This document shows, one piece after another, positions 11,216 through 24,080 of a stretch of DNA of 64,000 bases. The translations under genes were made by a program, and so were the position numbers. Below the pieces are notes generated by a model. That model worked only from the letters and a program-made list of their open reading frames with translations. It was not told where the DNA came from and did no database searches. Each line of letters begins with the position of its first letter. Position 1 is the stretch's first letter. Source of the stretch: Felis catus (lineage: Eukaryota); NCBI RefSeq assembly GCF_018350175.1, contig NC_058368.1, positions 152,150,001 through 152,214,000 of the forward strand, written 5' to 3'.

Positions 11216-12149
11216 AGCTATTTATGTTAAAAAGACATCCTTGAATTTATTTTCATGTCTGTAATCATTACATTATTGTTAAATGCTATTATAATTAAAT
11301 CACATTGTGGCCTAGCAAAAGAAAATCACACCCTTTTTGACTGAAATGCTGAGTTCAAGAGGGGAGAGTTCAAGACACAAAGTCTGAAAGCACTTTAAGC
11401 CCATTCTCTCACAAATGAACTGAAAAGAAAGGTTAAAGGGATCAAGTTTTTCAGTCTACCAAATAGAAACTCTAAGAGATTAGTTAATTATTGTCTTCAC
11501 ATATATGGAGACATTTCTATCATGAAAATGTCAAGCTGTTATCCATCTATGAAGGGGAAAGAAAAGGAAACAGATTTAAATTAAAGCTGAATGTAAAGAT
11601 GAATGTAAGACTCACTTGGCCACACAGAATGGGCTACTAATACTGGTTTGAGAATATAAGGGCAATATTCTCAAAGAACACAGTTAAAAACATCCATTCT
11701 GAGTACATGGACAAATATCCTATGTGATACAGTTGAAACTCCCAGATGGCTTCATTTGGCTAAGGAATGTGTTGAGCAATATAAGGTTAACACAAATTGA
11801 TATATGTTTATATAAAATAATTCAAACTTATACAAATGTATATAAATACACGCTTCACTCTTTTCTAGTGCTCTGCGTCCAACTAATATTATCTACCTGT
11901 CTGATCAAATAAGCAGCTTATCTTCTAAACAGAAACTGAGTGCACCATAATTCTGTCACAGATGATTTTTCCTTCTCCCTCTTCTCCTCTTACTTGGTTT
12001 ATGCAGCAGATCCCGAAGAAAAACAGGAGAAAATAAATGTCCAGTCAAACTTAAAACCACCCATTGTGTGAGAAGTATTGTTTCCGTCTATTCTGTGATA
12101 CCAGGAAAACAGTTTCTTCTACTCCAACATTAGTGAATAATAATATTAA

Positions 12150-12320
12150 TGGACAATTATTGAATATTTATTATTTGCTAAGTGTTTTTCAAATGACTTA
12201 CATGAATTGCCTCACTTACATCTTACAACTCTTTAGGAAACTGAGATTCAGAGAAGTGAAGCTGATTTGCTCAAGTTGACCCAAACAATAAAGAGCAGAG
12301 CCCAGCCTATAATCTGCCCT
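12150..12320 (-). mobile_element. MIR SINE relic
   Basis: Antisense MIR core ggaaactgagattcagagaagtgaagctgatttgctcaag. Confidence 0.6.
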
Positions 12321-12940
12321 GTTTGACTGCATTGGATATGTTCTGAACCCCTCTGCTAGGTTAAGTTGAAATAGACTAGAAACAGACAATAATTCATCAC
12401 ACACAGGTGGCACTTGCATTTATCAGAGGGCATTAGCATCTTCCTGAGTCCCATGAGAAAGTGATTATTCCTTTTTTCTTCCCATAATCTCTCCTTTGAG
12501 AATCCCTTCCCATCTAACATTATCCAAAATTGGCCACCAGCCAGCAAGTATTTTTAAGTCAATCCATTTAAATATTGGACAGACTACCATGCTGAGACAC
12601 AGAACAGTTCCAAGAGTGTGAACTGGAGAAATGCCCACAGTCTCCAGCTCTGTTTTCAGAATCTCCTCGATGTGCTCTCTCTGAGATGCCCAATTGGGAT
12701 TATAGTCAAAGGAATTCTATCCCCATGTATACATTAAAGAACATTGTTATGCTGTGTAGAGACATAAATGCCACCTTAGTTGGGGTTTCTTCAGGGTAAT
12801 ATGGCAGGATATAACAATTTTTTAATGTAAATTGTTTGCCCTAAAAGTTCTGCAAATTCACAAGAACATAATCACAAATAAACACAAAGCTTAGTTAAAA
12901 GGTTGTTCACTGTAGTGTTTTTATAGTATTAAAATAAATG

Positions 12941-13202
12941 AGGGGCTCCTGGGTGCCTCAGTTGGTTGAGCGTCTGACTTCGGCTCAGGTCATGATCTCA
13001 CAGCTCATGGATTCAAGCCCTGCGTCAGGCTCTGTGCTAACAGTTCGGAGCATGGAGCCTGGTTCGGATTCTGTGTCGCCCTCTCTCTCTGCCCCTCCCC
13101 CGCTCATGCTCTGTCTCTCTCTCTCCCTCTCTCTCTCTCTCTCTAAATTAAACATTCCATGAATGAATGAATGAATGAATGAATGAATGAATGAATGAAT
13201 GA
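12941..13202 (+). mobile_element. Can-SINE with (ATGA)n tail expansion
   Basis: Typical head and body; (TGAA)n run at ~13160-13202. Confidence 0.92.
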
Positions 13203-13320
13203 AACAAACTGTAAATCCCCACACAGTATATTGGTTAAATCAATCATGGTACATCCATACAAAGGCATGAAAATAATGTCTGGAAAAAATGTCAGTTTCT
13301 TTAAAATAAAAAAAAAGGTT

Positions 13321-13494
13321 GGGGCACCTGGGTGGCTCAGTCTTGAGCATTCAATGTCATGATCTCACGGCTCAGGTCATGATCTCATGGCTTGTGGGTT
13401 TGAGCCCCATGTCAGGCTCTGTGCTGACAGCTGAGAGCCTAGAGCCTGCTTTGGATTCTGTGTCTCCCTCTCTCCCTGCCCCTCCTCCCCTTAT

Positions 13495-13536
<42 letters not shown>

Positions 13537-13570
13537 AAAAATAAATAAACATTTTAAAAAAATTTTTTAA
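13321..13570 (+). mobile_element. Can-SINE
   Basis: ggggcacctgggtggctcag head, long (CT)n, AATAAA/A tail; gtcatgatctca duplicated near the head. Confidence 0.92.
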
Positions 13571-13836
13571 GTGTTCACAATATATTAAGTGAAAAAGCAG
13601 TATATAAACAATATTCACATTATGGGTTCATTTTTGAAAAATATACTAAGAGGTACATAAACATGCATAAAAAAAGGAAAAGTTAAGCATTAAAAAGTTA
13701 AGTTTTCATTACATAATAGGATTGTATATTAATTTTATTTTTTATTTTTTGCATATATATTTCTAAAAAATTGAAAAAAAAAAAGAAAAAAAATACAGTC
13801 TACTATATTGTCCTTGCATGAAGAGTATAAACTCTT

Positions 13837-15453
13837 GATGATTACAGCTTTGGAGTAGAGGCTAAAGGCTGGGATTGTGATGCCTCCCGCTTTGGTCTTC
13901 TTCTTTAATATTGCTTTGGCTATTTGGGGTATTTTGTGGTTTCATATAAATTTTAGGATTGCTTATTCTAGCTTCGAGAAGAATGCTGGTGCAATTTTGA
14001 TTGGGATTGCATTGAATGTGTAGATAGCTTTGGGTAGTATTGACATTTTAACAATACTAAAAAGCTGTAATCATCAAGACAGCATGGTATTGGCACAAAA
14101 ACAGACACATAGACCAAGGGAATAGAATAGAGACTCCAGAATTGGACCCACAAATGTATGCCCAACTAATCTTTGACAAAGCAGGAAAGAATATCCAATG
14201 GAAAAAAGACAGTCTCTTTAACAAATGGTGCTGGGAGAACTGGACAGCAACATGCAGAAGAATGAAACTAGACCACTTTCTTACACCATTCACAAAAATA
14301 AACTCAAAATGGATAAAAGACCTGAATGTGAGACAGGAAACCATCAAAACCCTAGGGGAGAAAGTAGGAAAAAACCTCTCTGACCTCAGCTGCAGCAATT
14401 TCTTGACACATCTCCAAAGGCAAGGGAATTAAAAGCAAAAATGAACTATTGGGACCTCATAAAGATAAAAAGCTTCTGCACAGCAAAGGAAACAATCAAC
14501 AAAACTAAAAGGCAACCAAAGAAATGGGAAAAGATATTTGCAAATGACATATCGGACAAAGGGCTAGTATCCAAAATCTATGAAGAGCTCACCAAAATCC
14601 ACACCTGAAAAACAAATAATCCAGTGAAGAAATGGGCAGAAAACATGAATAGACACTTCTCTAAAGAAAACATCCAGATGGCCAACAAGCACATGAAAAA
14701 ATGCTCAATGTCGCTCCTCATCAGGGAAATACAAATCAAAACCACGCTCAGATGCCACCTCACACCAGTCATAGTGGCTAAAATGAACAAATCAGGAGAC
14801 TATAGATGCTGGAGAGGATGTGGAAAACGGGAACCCTCTTGCACTGTTGGTGGGAATGCAAATTGGTGCAGCCACTCTGGAAAACTGTGTGGAGGTTCCT
14901 CAGAAAATTAACCTATGACCAAGCAGTAGCACTGCTAGGAATTTACCTAAGGGATACAGGAATGCTGAGGCATAGGGGCACTTGGACCCCAATGTTTATA
15001 GCAGCACTCTCAACAATAGCCAAATTGTGGAAAGAGCCTAAATGTCCATCAACTGATGAATGGATAAAGAAATTGTGGTTTATATACACAATGGAGTACT
15101 ATATGGCAATGACAAAGAATGAAATATGGCCCTTTGTATCAATGTGGATGGAACTGGAGAGTGTGACGCTAAGTGAAATAAGCCATACAGAGAAAGACAG
15201 ATACCATATGGTTTCACTCTTATGTGGATCCTGAGAAACTTAACAGAAGACCATGGGGGAGGGGAAGGAAAAAAAAAAGGTTAGGGAGAGAGCCAAACCA
15301 TAAGAGACTCCTAAAAACTGAGAATAAACTGAGGGAGGATGAGTGGTGCAAGGGAGGGGAAGGTGGGTGAAGCACATTGAGGAGGGCACCTGTTGGGATG
15401 AGCACTGGGGGTTGTATGGAAAACAATTTGACAATAAATTTCATATTTAAAAA
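13837..15453 (+). mobile_element. 5'-truncated, 5'-inverted LINE-1 (felid L1); ORF2 C-terminal remnant plus 3' UTR
   Basis: ORF2-like peptides ([59 protein letters not shown]) on +; 13837-14056 is antisense ORF2; 16-bp TSD aagagtataaactctt (13821-13836, 15454-15469). Confidence 0.93.
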
Positions 15454-15829
15454 AAGAGTATAAACTCTTCCTGTTTTTAAACAAGATTACTATTTGTATC
15501 AAATGACTCTAATAAAACTGTATGCCTAGGGATTTGGCATTTAGTCAAAAGTAGAAAGAAAGATTTATCATAAGTTTAAAATAATGGAAATTTCTTCTTT
15601 TCATCTCTTCATGGAATTGGGAAAGAAAATGCCACATTCGATATTTACAGATACAGCCAGCACCTGAGCAGAGAACGGGTGGAGGAAGCCAGCCAAGGTG
15701 TCCAGGAACAAATCACTGAATACATGTTTTTGAGTTGAAAAACAGTCAGAAATTAATTGAAAATGAAATATAATGAGAGGCACAATTATGCAGAGTATCA
15801 AAGTATTTTTTAAGCAACAGAATACAGAA

Positions 15830-16800
15830 ATTAGTCCTTATATATGGATTTCCATATATTCAGTATACGGAAAAAGTGTCATTTCAAATCAGCTTTAAAT
15901 GTTAAACTCTTTAATAAATTATGTTCAGATAATTAGGGGGGAGGAGAAATTAGATTCCTACCTCACACCATTCAAAAAAGTAAATTTGATTAAGATCCAC
16001 ATCTGTGAGGCCAATCTATTGAAAAATTAGAATAAAGTAGTAGAAAGTGGAAAGTGGAAAAGGCTTTTGATGTTATATGTGAAACCTTCAAGAAAATTTG
16101 TGAGATTAAAAAATAAAATATCATCTAAAATGTCTGAGATGCAAAATATACTTTAAGCAATATAAAAGATAAATGGCATTTTTAGAGAAATTATTTGTAA
16201 ACTTCATCTCAAGAAAATCAACTGACATTCTTAGCACATGCTAACCTCTCACAAAACAGAAAAATAGGATGTACAGAAAAATGAGCAAAGGATAAGAATA
16301 GGCAATCAGAGAAGTAATACAAATAGCTAATACATGAATTTTTTTAAAAAGGTTCAACATGACTATAGTAATTGAGTGAATGCAAATTAAATAATAATGA
16401 GACACCATTTTCCCCCAGGAGATTAACAAAAATGGTTTCAATTAGAAAATTCTGAGGGTTGGCAATGCTGTGGTGAAATGGAGATGTTCATGCACTGGAT
16501 TATTGGATTATACTTTGAAACATCTGTTCGAGGATCAGAATAATATCTATAAAAATTTAACTGCACTTCTAGGCATCTATCCCTAAGTAAACTTCATAGC
16601 CAACAAAGATATGTATACAGCATTGTTGCTTATGGTGAAATTGCATGTTAATCAACATGGGGATACATCTAAAGAAAATATACCCACATGCACACAAAAA
16701 GCCAGACCTATATGTATTTGTATATTTTTTGTAAATATATATATGCACATTAACAAATACCAATATAAACCCTAAAACAAAGCATAGGTCTAGGTAAGTA
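15830..16800 (+). mobile_element. Old LINE-1 (L1M-type) ORF2/3' relic
   Basis: Degenerate L1 ORF2 motifs (tacctcacaccat; gaatgcaaattaaataataatgagacaccatt; cacttctaggcatctatccc). Confidence 0.55.
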
Positions 16801-17360
16801 TAATCTCTACCTTGTGTGATGGAAAGAAAGGATGAAATCCAGGTTATTAAACCCATTGTTCAGCAGAGGCATTACCTTACCTTTTCATACATGAAGAAAA
16901 ATTCAGCTCTCAGTTTCAGAGAGGAGCTGGAGAAACAAAATTGTTTTATATAATAAAATTTGATGAGGTATCTTCCTTCCAAGAGTAAAATGTTTGCTCT
17001 TGGGAGAGAAAAAAAAATAGAAAGGCAGAGAAACATGGTGGAATGGACAAAGGACTCCTAGGAACTATAATGAATAATTTCACCTTAAATTGTTCGTATG
17101 GTGGTGTCAAATACTCAGTCTTCCCAAACTCGCAGAAACATCTGCTCTACACAAATCTTTGTGTGTATGTGGAGGGGATGTGGTGTAGTTATGGGTGCAT
17201 GCAAATTAAGGAAAGAGTCTGAGTTCCATGCTTTGGTTAGAGCCAGGGCAGAGATAAACAGCCAGAAGATATAGAGAAATAAGGAAAATAAAAAGAAGCA
17301 AGGAAGCCAGAGCCATGAAAATGTAAGCCTATCAGTAACACTCAGAAATCCTGGAAGTAA

Positions 17361-17586
17361 GAGCGCCTAAGTGGCTCAGTCAGTTAAACATGTGACTTCG
17401 GCTCAGGTCATGATCTCAGAGCCCATGAGTTGGAAACACCCCACCGTCATCGGGCTCTGTGCTGACAGCTCAGAGCCTGGAGCCTGCTTCGGATTCTGTG
17501 TCTCCCTCTCTTCTGCCCCTCCACTAATCATGTTCTGTCTTTCTCTCCTTCAAAAGTAAATAAACATTAAAAAAAATTTTTAAAAA
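17361..17586 (+). mobile_element. Can-SINE
   Basis: Typical body; TSD agaaatc(c/t)tggaagt. Confidence 0.9.
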
Positions 17587-18405
17587 AGAAATCTTGGAAG
17601 TGACACGTCCTTAATATAGGTCAAATAACAGAGGTTTAAGAGTTACTTGTCTAAATCATAAAGAGTGGAGATGTTCTAGTTGGTACGCAGGTTACATATG
17701 TTTGTAAATATAATGGTATAATGTTTAGGACATTCATAAACATACACTGGTATATACACTGTATATAGGAATATACACTGGTATAAAAAATATCATAGAA
17801 TAGAAAGAGAAGGCCTCTTTTCACTGGCTCACCCCAGTCAGTCCCACTCACTCATACAGTGCAGTGGTCTAGACACTCACATATTCATTGATATATAGAG
17901 AGGATGAGTTGAACTGTTACTATTAATGTTGATGCTTCATGACTCTCCATGTACTGCCCCATCCTACCTGCCTGACTACAATACACCAAGTACAAGTGAC
18001 ATACTACCTAGCTATATTTAGATAAGTAAACTGACTATAATTGTGTACATTAATTGACCAAAATGAGAACTAGATATTCCTAAAATTTGTTAGGCTTACA
18101 GGTCCAAAAAACCAGAGGATGAAGAGAACTGCATCTATGTAGAAGACAAGATCGTGAATATAATATTGCTTTGTAGAAACTAAGAAAAAGAATAGTCCAG
18201 CTGATCAGATGTATTGATTATTAAACTGAGAAACTAATGCAAGAACTTGTTTCTTAGTAAAACTTAAGACAAGCTCAAAAGTTTAACCAGAGACAGAGTC
18301 TGAAAAAAAATCATCAAGACTAGAGACATCACATAGGAAAAAAGGCATTGACAAAGACACCTCCAAGGATCTGACAATCCCAGAGAGAGTATTAAGAGTC
18401 AACTT

Positions 18406-18605
18406 GGGGGTGCCTTGGTGGCTCAGTTGGCCTGGTGTCTGACTTCAGCTCAGGTCATGATCTTGAGGTTCCTGAATTCAAGCCTTGCATCAAGCTCTTT
18501 GCTGTCAGTGAAGAGCCAGCCTCAGATCCTCTGTCCCCCTCTTCCTCTGCCCTTCCCCAACTCATGCCCCCTCCCTCTCAAAAATAAATACATATTTTTC
18601 AAAAG
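18406..18605 (+). mobile_element. Can-SINE (diverged)
   Basis: gggggtgccttggtggctcag head; caggtcatgatct; imperfect TSD agagtcaa. Confidence 0.85.
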
Positions 18606-18887
18606 AGAGTCAATTTGCTGCCTGTACCCATTACCTCAACATATCAGACACCACTAATTGATCCTAGCCCCATTTTGCACAGCTGAACCAGTGATAAAGT
18701 CACAATCCTTCTTAAGCAAACAGCCCAGGCAGGAACTAACAATGGATCAGAGTTAACACAACAGATAAAAATCTTATACCACCTAAGTGATTGATTGCAC
18801 AGAGATATGCAAAAATAAGCTCACTCTAAGTAAGAATGTCTCCAAGATACCTCCTTGCCAAAGCAGAATCCAATAAATATACTGGAT

Positions 18888-19015
18888 ACATATATATATA
18901 TACATATATATATATGTGTATATATATGTGTATATATATATATACATATATATATATGTATATATATATATATACATATATATATGTATATATATATATA
19001 CACATATATATATAT
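18888..19015. repeat. Interrupted (TA)n microsatellite with CA/TG interruptions
   Basis: Direct reading; explains the YIYI ORFs. Confidence 0.97.
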
Positions 19016-20321
19016 TCCAGCCAGAGTATGCATTATATATGTATAGTTTTTACCCTGTCAATCACTCTGTGTCATCAAGTGTTACAGAACCGAGGTGCCC
19101 TCAAAGCTATAATCAGGAAAAAATTCACCTCAGTCTTCAAATTTTAACAATAACAACAAATAGCCTAGTCATGGTATAGAAATATAAAATGCCAGAAGGA
19201 ATACAGAAGACCTCATTCCAGCTTTCAACTTCCTCTCTCCTGCCTCACCACGGAAAAACTCAAAGCAGGGATCACCAGCTCCCCTGACAAACCCGTCAGC
19301 CTACTCCACTCCTAATCATGCAGAGAACAAAAATCTCCCACTACACAATATCTGTGGCTGGGGGAGGGGAGCAGGATTTCTGCTCCAGATCAGAAGAGCA
19401 AAGAATTGCATTTGTCCTAGAGAAGGCTCCTGCAAAGTTTCTGCTGAATTGAGCTTTACATGCGGATGGAAAAATCTAGTGTAAGGCATGTGGTTGCATT
19501 AATTATAAGATTTCAATTTGACAGTTTAATTAGGAAAAGGAGAGTTAGTGTAGGGCTTGCAGAATTCATGATGAATCACATACTCCAACAGACTTCATTT
19601 TCATATTTCAATTACACACATTTCTAACTGATGAACAGCAACATAGCATTTTCTGTTTAATAAATGTGATATCTGTTGGAATTGATAACATTAGTTCAGT
19701 AATTACTGAACCATTATTGTCAGGCTTTTAAAAAACATGGAAAAGAAGCCTTAGTTATTAAAGTTTACCATCAGCACAAAACTACATTTTCAAATGTTCC
19801 TACTAAACAGCTTTTTAACAGTGCATAGCTATCCCTTACAGGTAGAAAGGTAAAACTCAATAGCAGGTATTTGTACAGGATTGATTTTGATCCAATCACA
19901 CCTATTGGATTCGCTGACATACTACTGTGGCTATTATGTTCCTTCTAAATCTTTATTCAGAATTCAGGACAAAACAAAACAAAACAGGGGAGCAGAACTT
20001 AAGATCTGAATGACATGCAAATCATGCAAAGATTCCCATATTAGCTTAAAATAATAATAAAATAAAATAACTTATTTTCATCGATCTAAAGATAAATGTA
20101 GATTCAACAAGGAGCAAACTTTAAGTGACTCCGTCTGTCAAAACATGTGGAAACTTACGAGTTCTTTCTCAGAGTGCCTGCTTTGAGTTCTGGGAACCAA
20201 AGTTGAAAAGCTGGGTAGGTTCATAGATGTACTATGAACCTTTTCTGTCTTTTCTGTTGCATGGGGTTAGAGACAAACAGAAGTTCATTAAATCAAATAC
20301 AGATGTCAGTTTCCTCTGGGA

Positions 20322-20323
<2 letters not shown>

Positions 20324-20356
<33 letters not shown>
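20324..20356 (+). repeat. Poly(A) run of 33 nt
   Basis: Direct reading; no SINE or L1 body immediately upstream. Confidence 0.9.
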
Positions 20357-20358
<2 letters not shown>

Positions 20359-21331
20359 TCATATCCTACAATGAACACAACTACATACACTAGAAGTGAA
20401 GCACATTTCTATTTTTTAAATTACTTCCAAAGTTTTTCATAATGATCTTGACTTCTATCTACCTGAACTACCTGCTTACTACTGTTTGTCTTGCAAAAAT
20501 CTTGATGATATTTTGCTTAATAAAGCACATTTATATGTTTGTGTGTATATGTATATGTATGTATATATTTGTATATGTATCAAAAATATTTCTAAACATT
20601 CAAGTCACAAAAAATAGAAAAAGAGTCTTGCAACATATCACCTCTTACATGTTAGAATTATACTTGTAAAGGATTTGTGTTTTACAGTTTCAAAAAGTAA
20701 CTCCTATTTCTGCACATGATTAGTAATTCATTTCCATTAGTTTCAGGGGGAATGCTGTGGAACTGAGTATTTTGCTGATTGCTTCAGAATGTTAAATAAA
20801 CTACCATAAAGTAGCTAGCATAGTGCCTAATACATTGCTCAATAAATGGTAGCTATTGTTATTGTTAGACGGCCTGATTTTCTTGCACAAAAATTAAAAT
20901 AATACAAACATATAAACATACAAAAATTATAACACAAAAGAAGTCTGAAAATTATCTCAAATTTAAAAAGAAAAATCAGAAAGAAATGATATTCCTATCT
21001 GCAAATGGCACAGCAGTAAGAAAATATTTAAATTTAACATTCTTAGTTCCTTCCACAAACCACAGCTTGATTAATGTGCAAATGGCTATTTTCAGGACTT
21101 AGAATTGTTCTGCCCTGCCATGGGGTGGCAATATAGGTGGAATGAATGAATGAATGAATGAATGAATAAATAAATAAATCAGAAAAGAATAGCACTTAAG
21201 CACTAGAGATTTCCACTTCTCATTTTGTAAATAACTGAGGCCTAGAAAAGCAAACTTCTTTTCTCGGAATCATAATAGCTAATAAATATCAGACTAGATT
21301 GTATGTTAATATACTGTTCTGTCCACTTTAG

Positions 21332-22888
21332 CAACAGTTGCCAAAATATGGCCCCCAGAGCTCAGGGAATCCCCAATTTCCTTTCAGGACCCATAAACCC
21401 AAAACTAATTTCCCAGGAATCCTAACACATTATTTTTTAAAATAACTCTACTGACACTTGCCCTGATGGCACAAAAGAAATAGCTGGTAAAACTGCTGAC
21501 ACCTTCGAATGAATGAAAACAGTGTCACCAAACTCCATTAGTAGTCACTGTATTCATCACTGCCACAATCACTATATAAAAACAAATAAAAAGCCAGTTT
21601 CATTAATATCAAGTTTTGAGTACACATCTTTTCAATATTCTGTGTGACAAATGGGAAGCATACCTAAATCCTTTCTGCATATTTAAGGACAATGGTTATC
21701 TCTAGGAAAAGCTCTATGTGATTGTTCAAGAACAAGTTTTGACTTGAAAGAATGAACTTTGGTTATTCAGATTTGCCTATTTGGCAGGCAATGTCTTGGA
21801 ATTGACAAAAAATGACTCTGTGACTTCAGGGAAACTATCTGGACAGTATTTTTTTGCCGAAGGTAAAATTTAAGCTTTCACGCAAAACTTAAAACTTTGG
21901 AAATTTGCATCTGTCATCATGACAGCATCCCCAATACTTAAAGACTTTTCTGATAAATTGCTGATGACTTTAATGAATCTGCCTTATTGATATTGTGCGA
22001 TAAAATGTGTCATCCATTGGTAGATATGCATAACATAGTAGACCATTATTTTCTAAATCATCAATAATGATGTTATAAAATCATGTGTGGGTAAAGTAAA
22101 TTTTAAGTTTAAAATAGACCAATGGATTTTAATGTAACAGGTACAAAAGTTCTTGGCATGGCTTTAGATTCTACACTGTAAATGATCTTTAAGATTATTA
22201 GCACTTGCTGAGTTTTGGTGTAGTATCAAAGAAGAATATTCATAATTATCTGAAAATGCTATTAAAATATTCCCACTTTTCTAACTATACATGTGTATAA
22301 GACTAGATTTTCTTTATATTACTGAATCAAAACAATAGATAACAGGTTGAATGAAAAAGGAAATATGTTTTCTATTAAACCAGACATTAAAGATATTTAT
22401 AAATATGTAAAATAATTCCATTTTTCTCATTAAATATGTGCATGTTTTGGAAAATGTAGGTATTTTTTTCATAAAAATATGTTTTGTTATTTTTACTTAT
22501 ATAAAGTAATGGCCTTAAAGTTATTTTTAAATGAATCAATAAAAGTTTTCAGCTTTCTTAGCTTTAATTTCTTTTTTGTTTCTTTACTTATTTTTTGAAA
22601 GACAGAGCATGAGCAATGGAGGGGGAGAGAGACACACACACAGAATCTAAAGCAGGCTGCAGGCTCCAAGCTGTCAGCACAGAGCCCAACGCAGGCTCAA
22701 ACTGTGAGATCATGACCTGAAATGAAGTCAAACATTTAACTGACTGAGCCACCCAGGCGCCCCTCTTAGCTTGAATTTCTAATACGGTATACATTGATAC
22801 TTCTCACAAAAACAAAAGGTCTTTTTGATCTTCCACAAATTTTAAGACTATAAAAAGCTCCTGAGTCCAAAAAGTTCGAGAACTACTG
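21332..22888. mobile_element. hAT-Charlie DNA transposon fossil (Charlie1-like), interrupted by a SINE
   Basis: Start (cagttgccaaaatatggccc...ctttcagg...caaaactaattt) and end (ctgagtccaaaaagttcgagaactactg) resemble recalled Charlie1 termini; AT-rich decayed transposase-like interior. Confidence 0.7.
22573..22763 (-). mobile_element. Can-SINE nested in the Charlie element
   Basis: Antisense head gccacccaggcgcccc; TSD tcttagctt(t/g)aatttct. Confidence 0.9.
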
Positions 22889-23939
22889 CACTGTGCTGGC
22901 CAATAGAGATGACAAATAGGTTTCAAATAACATATAAACTTTGATGAGTTGGTAATGGCTACACAGAATTGGTAGAGAAGGACCTAAAACTCATGTTTTG
23001 ACCTTTGAAGATAGGAAATTAGAAAATGTAGTGTTCAAGCCACATTTTACCCCAAAACACATCATGGAACATTCCAGATCTTTCAGAGCATTCTACATAG
23101 TCCAATGTCCTACTCATCTGTCTCTTCCTCACAGTATTAAGCATAGTCCCTCCACAGAGGAGACTAACAAATGTTAACAACTTTAACTAAATCTAATAAA
23201 CATCATGCTAATAACTCTTTTTACAAATTCTGATACAAGGTGGAGGGCCAATTGTTACAGTTCTAGGAAGCAAGTGCCAAAAAAAATGTCTTAAGGTGAA
23301 GAGGAAACAGAGTAGACAACTACATAGGTTGTATGATTTCAAGGGAACAGAATAAATTTCTACCCTTAAGAAAACTTTTTTTAAACCTCATAATTAGTGC
23401 CTGAATTCATTTTTATAATTGGAGAGATGGCCTTTTATTCTACAATGAAAATGTCAAAATACAAATACTCTAAGGAGAGGTAGCATATTCATTTGAATTC
23501 ACAATAAATTAAAAATGATTGATATTATCCAGGTTTCAAAGTGACGTGATCAAAAGAAAATAATAGGGTAGAAGATCCCAGATGAAAGACACTAAGAGAA
23601 GGTAAAAGAAATGACACTAAGCAGAAAAACTGAAGGTTCAAAAGAAAACTTTTATTTATTTCATAATTTGATATAAAGCCAGTCATGTTTTCAGATTCTC
23701 TAGAACAACAACAAAATTCTAATCATGTATTTTCCAGTCCATACACAATATTGTAACTTACATAGAATAACAATCTACTAAATAAAAATCAGATTGTCTT
23801 GCAACCTAAATCTAGCCTACTGGTCTATGTGGCAGCTAACAGTCTATCATGTTACTATGCTGCATGTCTAGTATGCACACTTCAACAAGAGTTCCCTCTT
23901 GCAATGAAAGGAAAGAAGGCAGACTTTCAAATATGCACT

Positions 23940-24080
23940 GATGGCTCAGCATAATGGAAAAAGAACTAGAGTAGAGATAGTAACTTGGGTTCAACCCAAC
24001 CCCTGACTATTGATCATTAGCCCTGTGACTTTGGGCAAGTTTTTTATGCTCTCTTGGTCTGTTTTCCCTTAAGGGAAAGG
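23940..24080 (+). mobile_element. MIR relic
   Basis: ctgtgactttgggcaagt core motif preceded by a gggttcaa B-box-like sequence. Confidence 0.5.

Noticed and set aside
14057..15234. ORFs of 95-142 aa as host genes
   Set aside because: They are frameshifted L1 ORF2 fragments or their antisense frames
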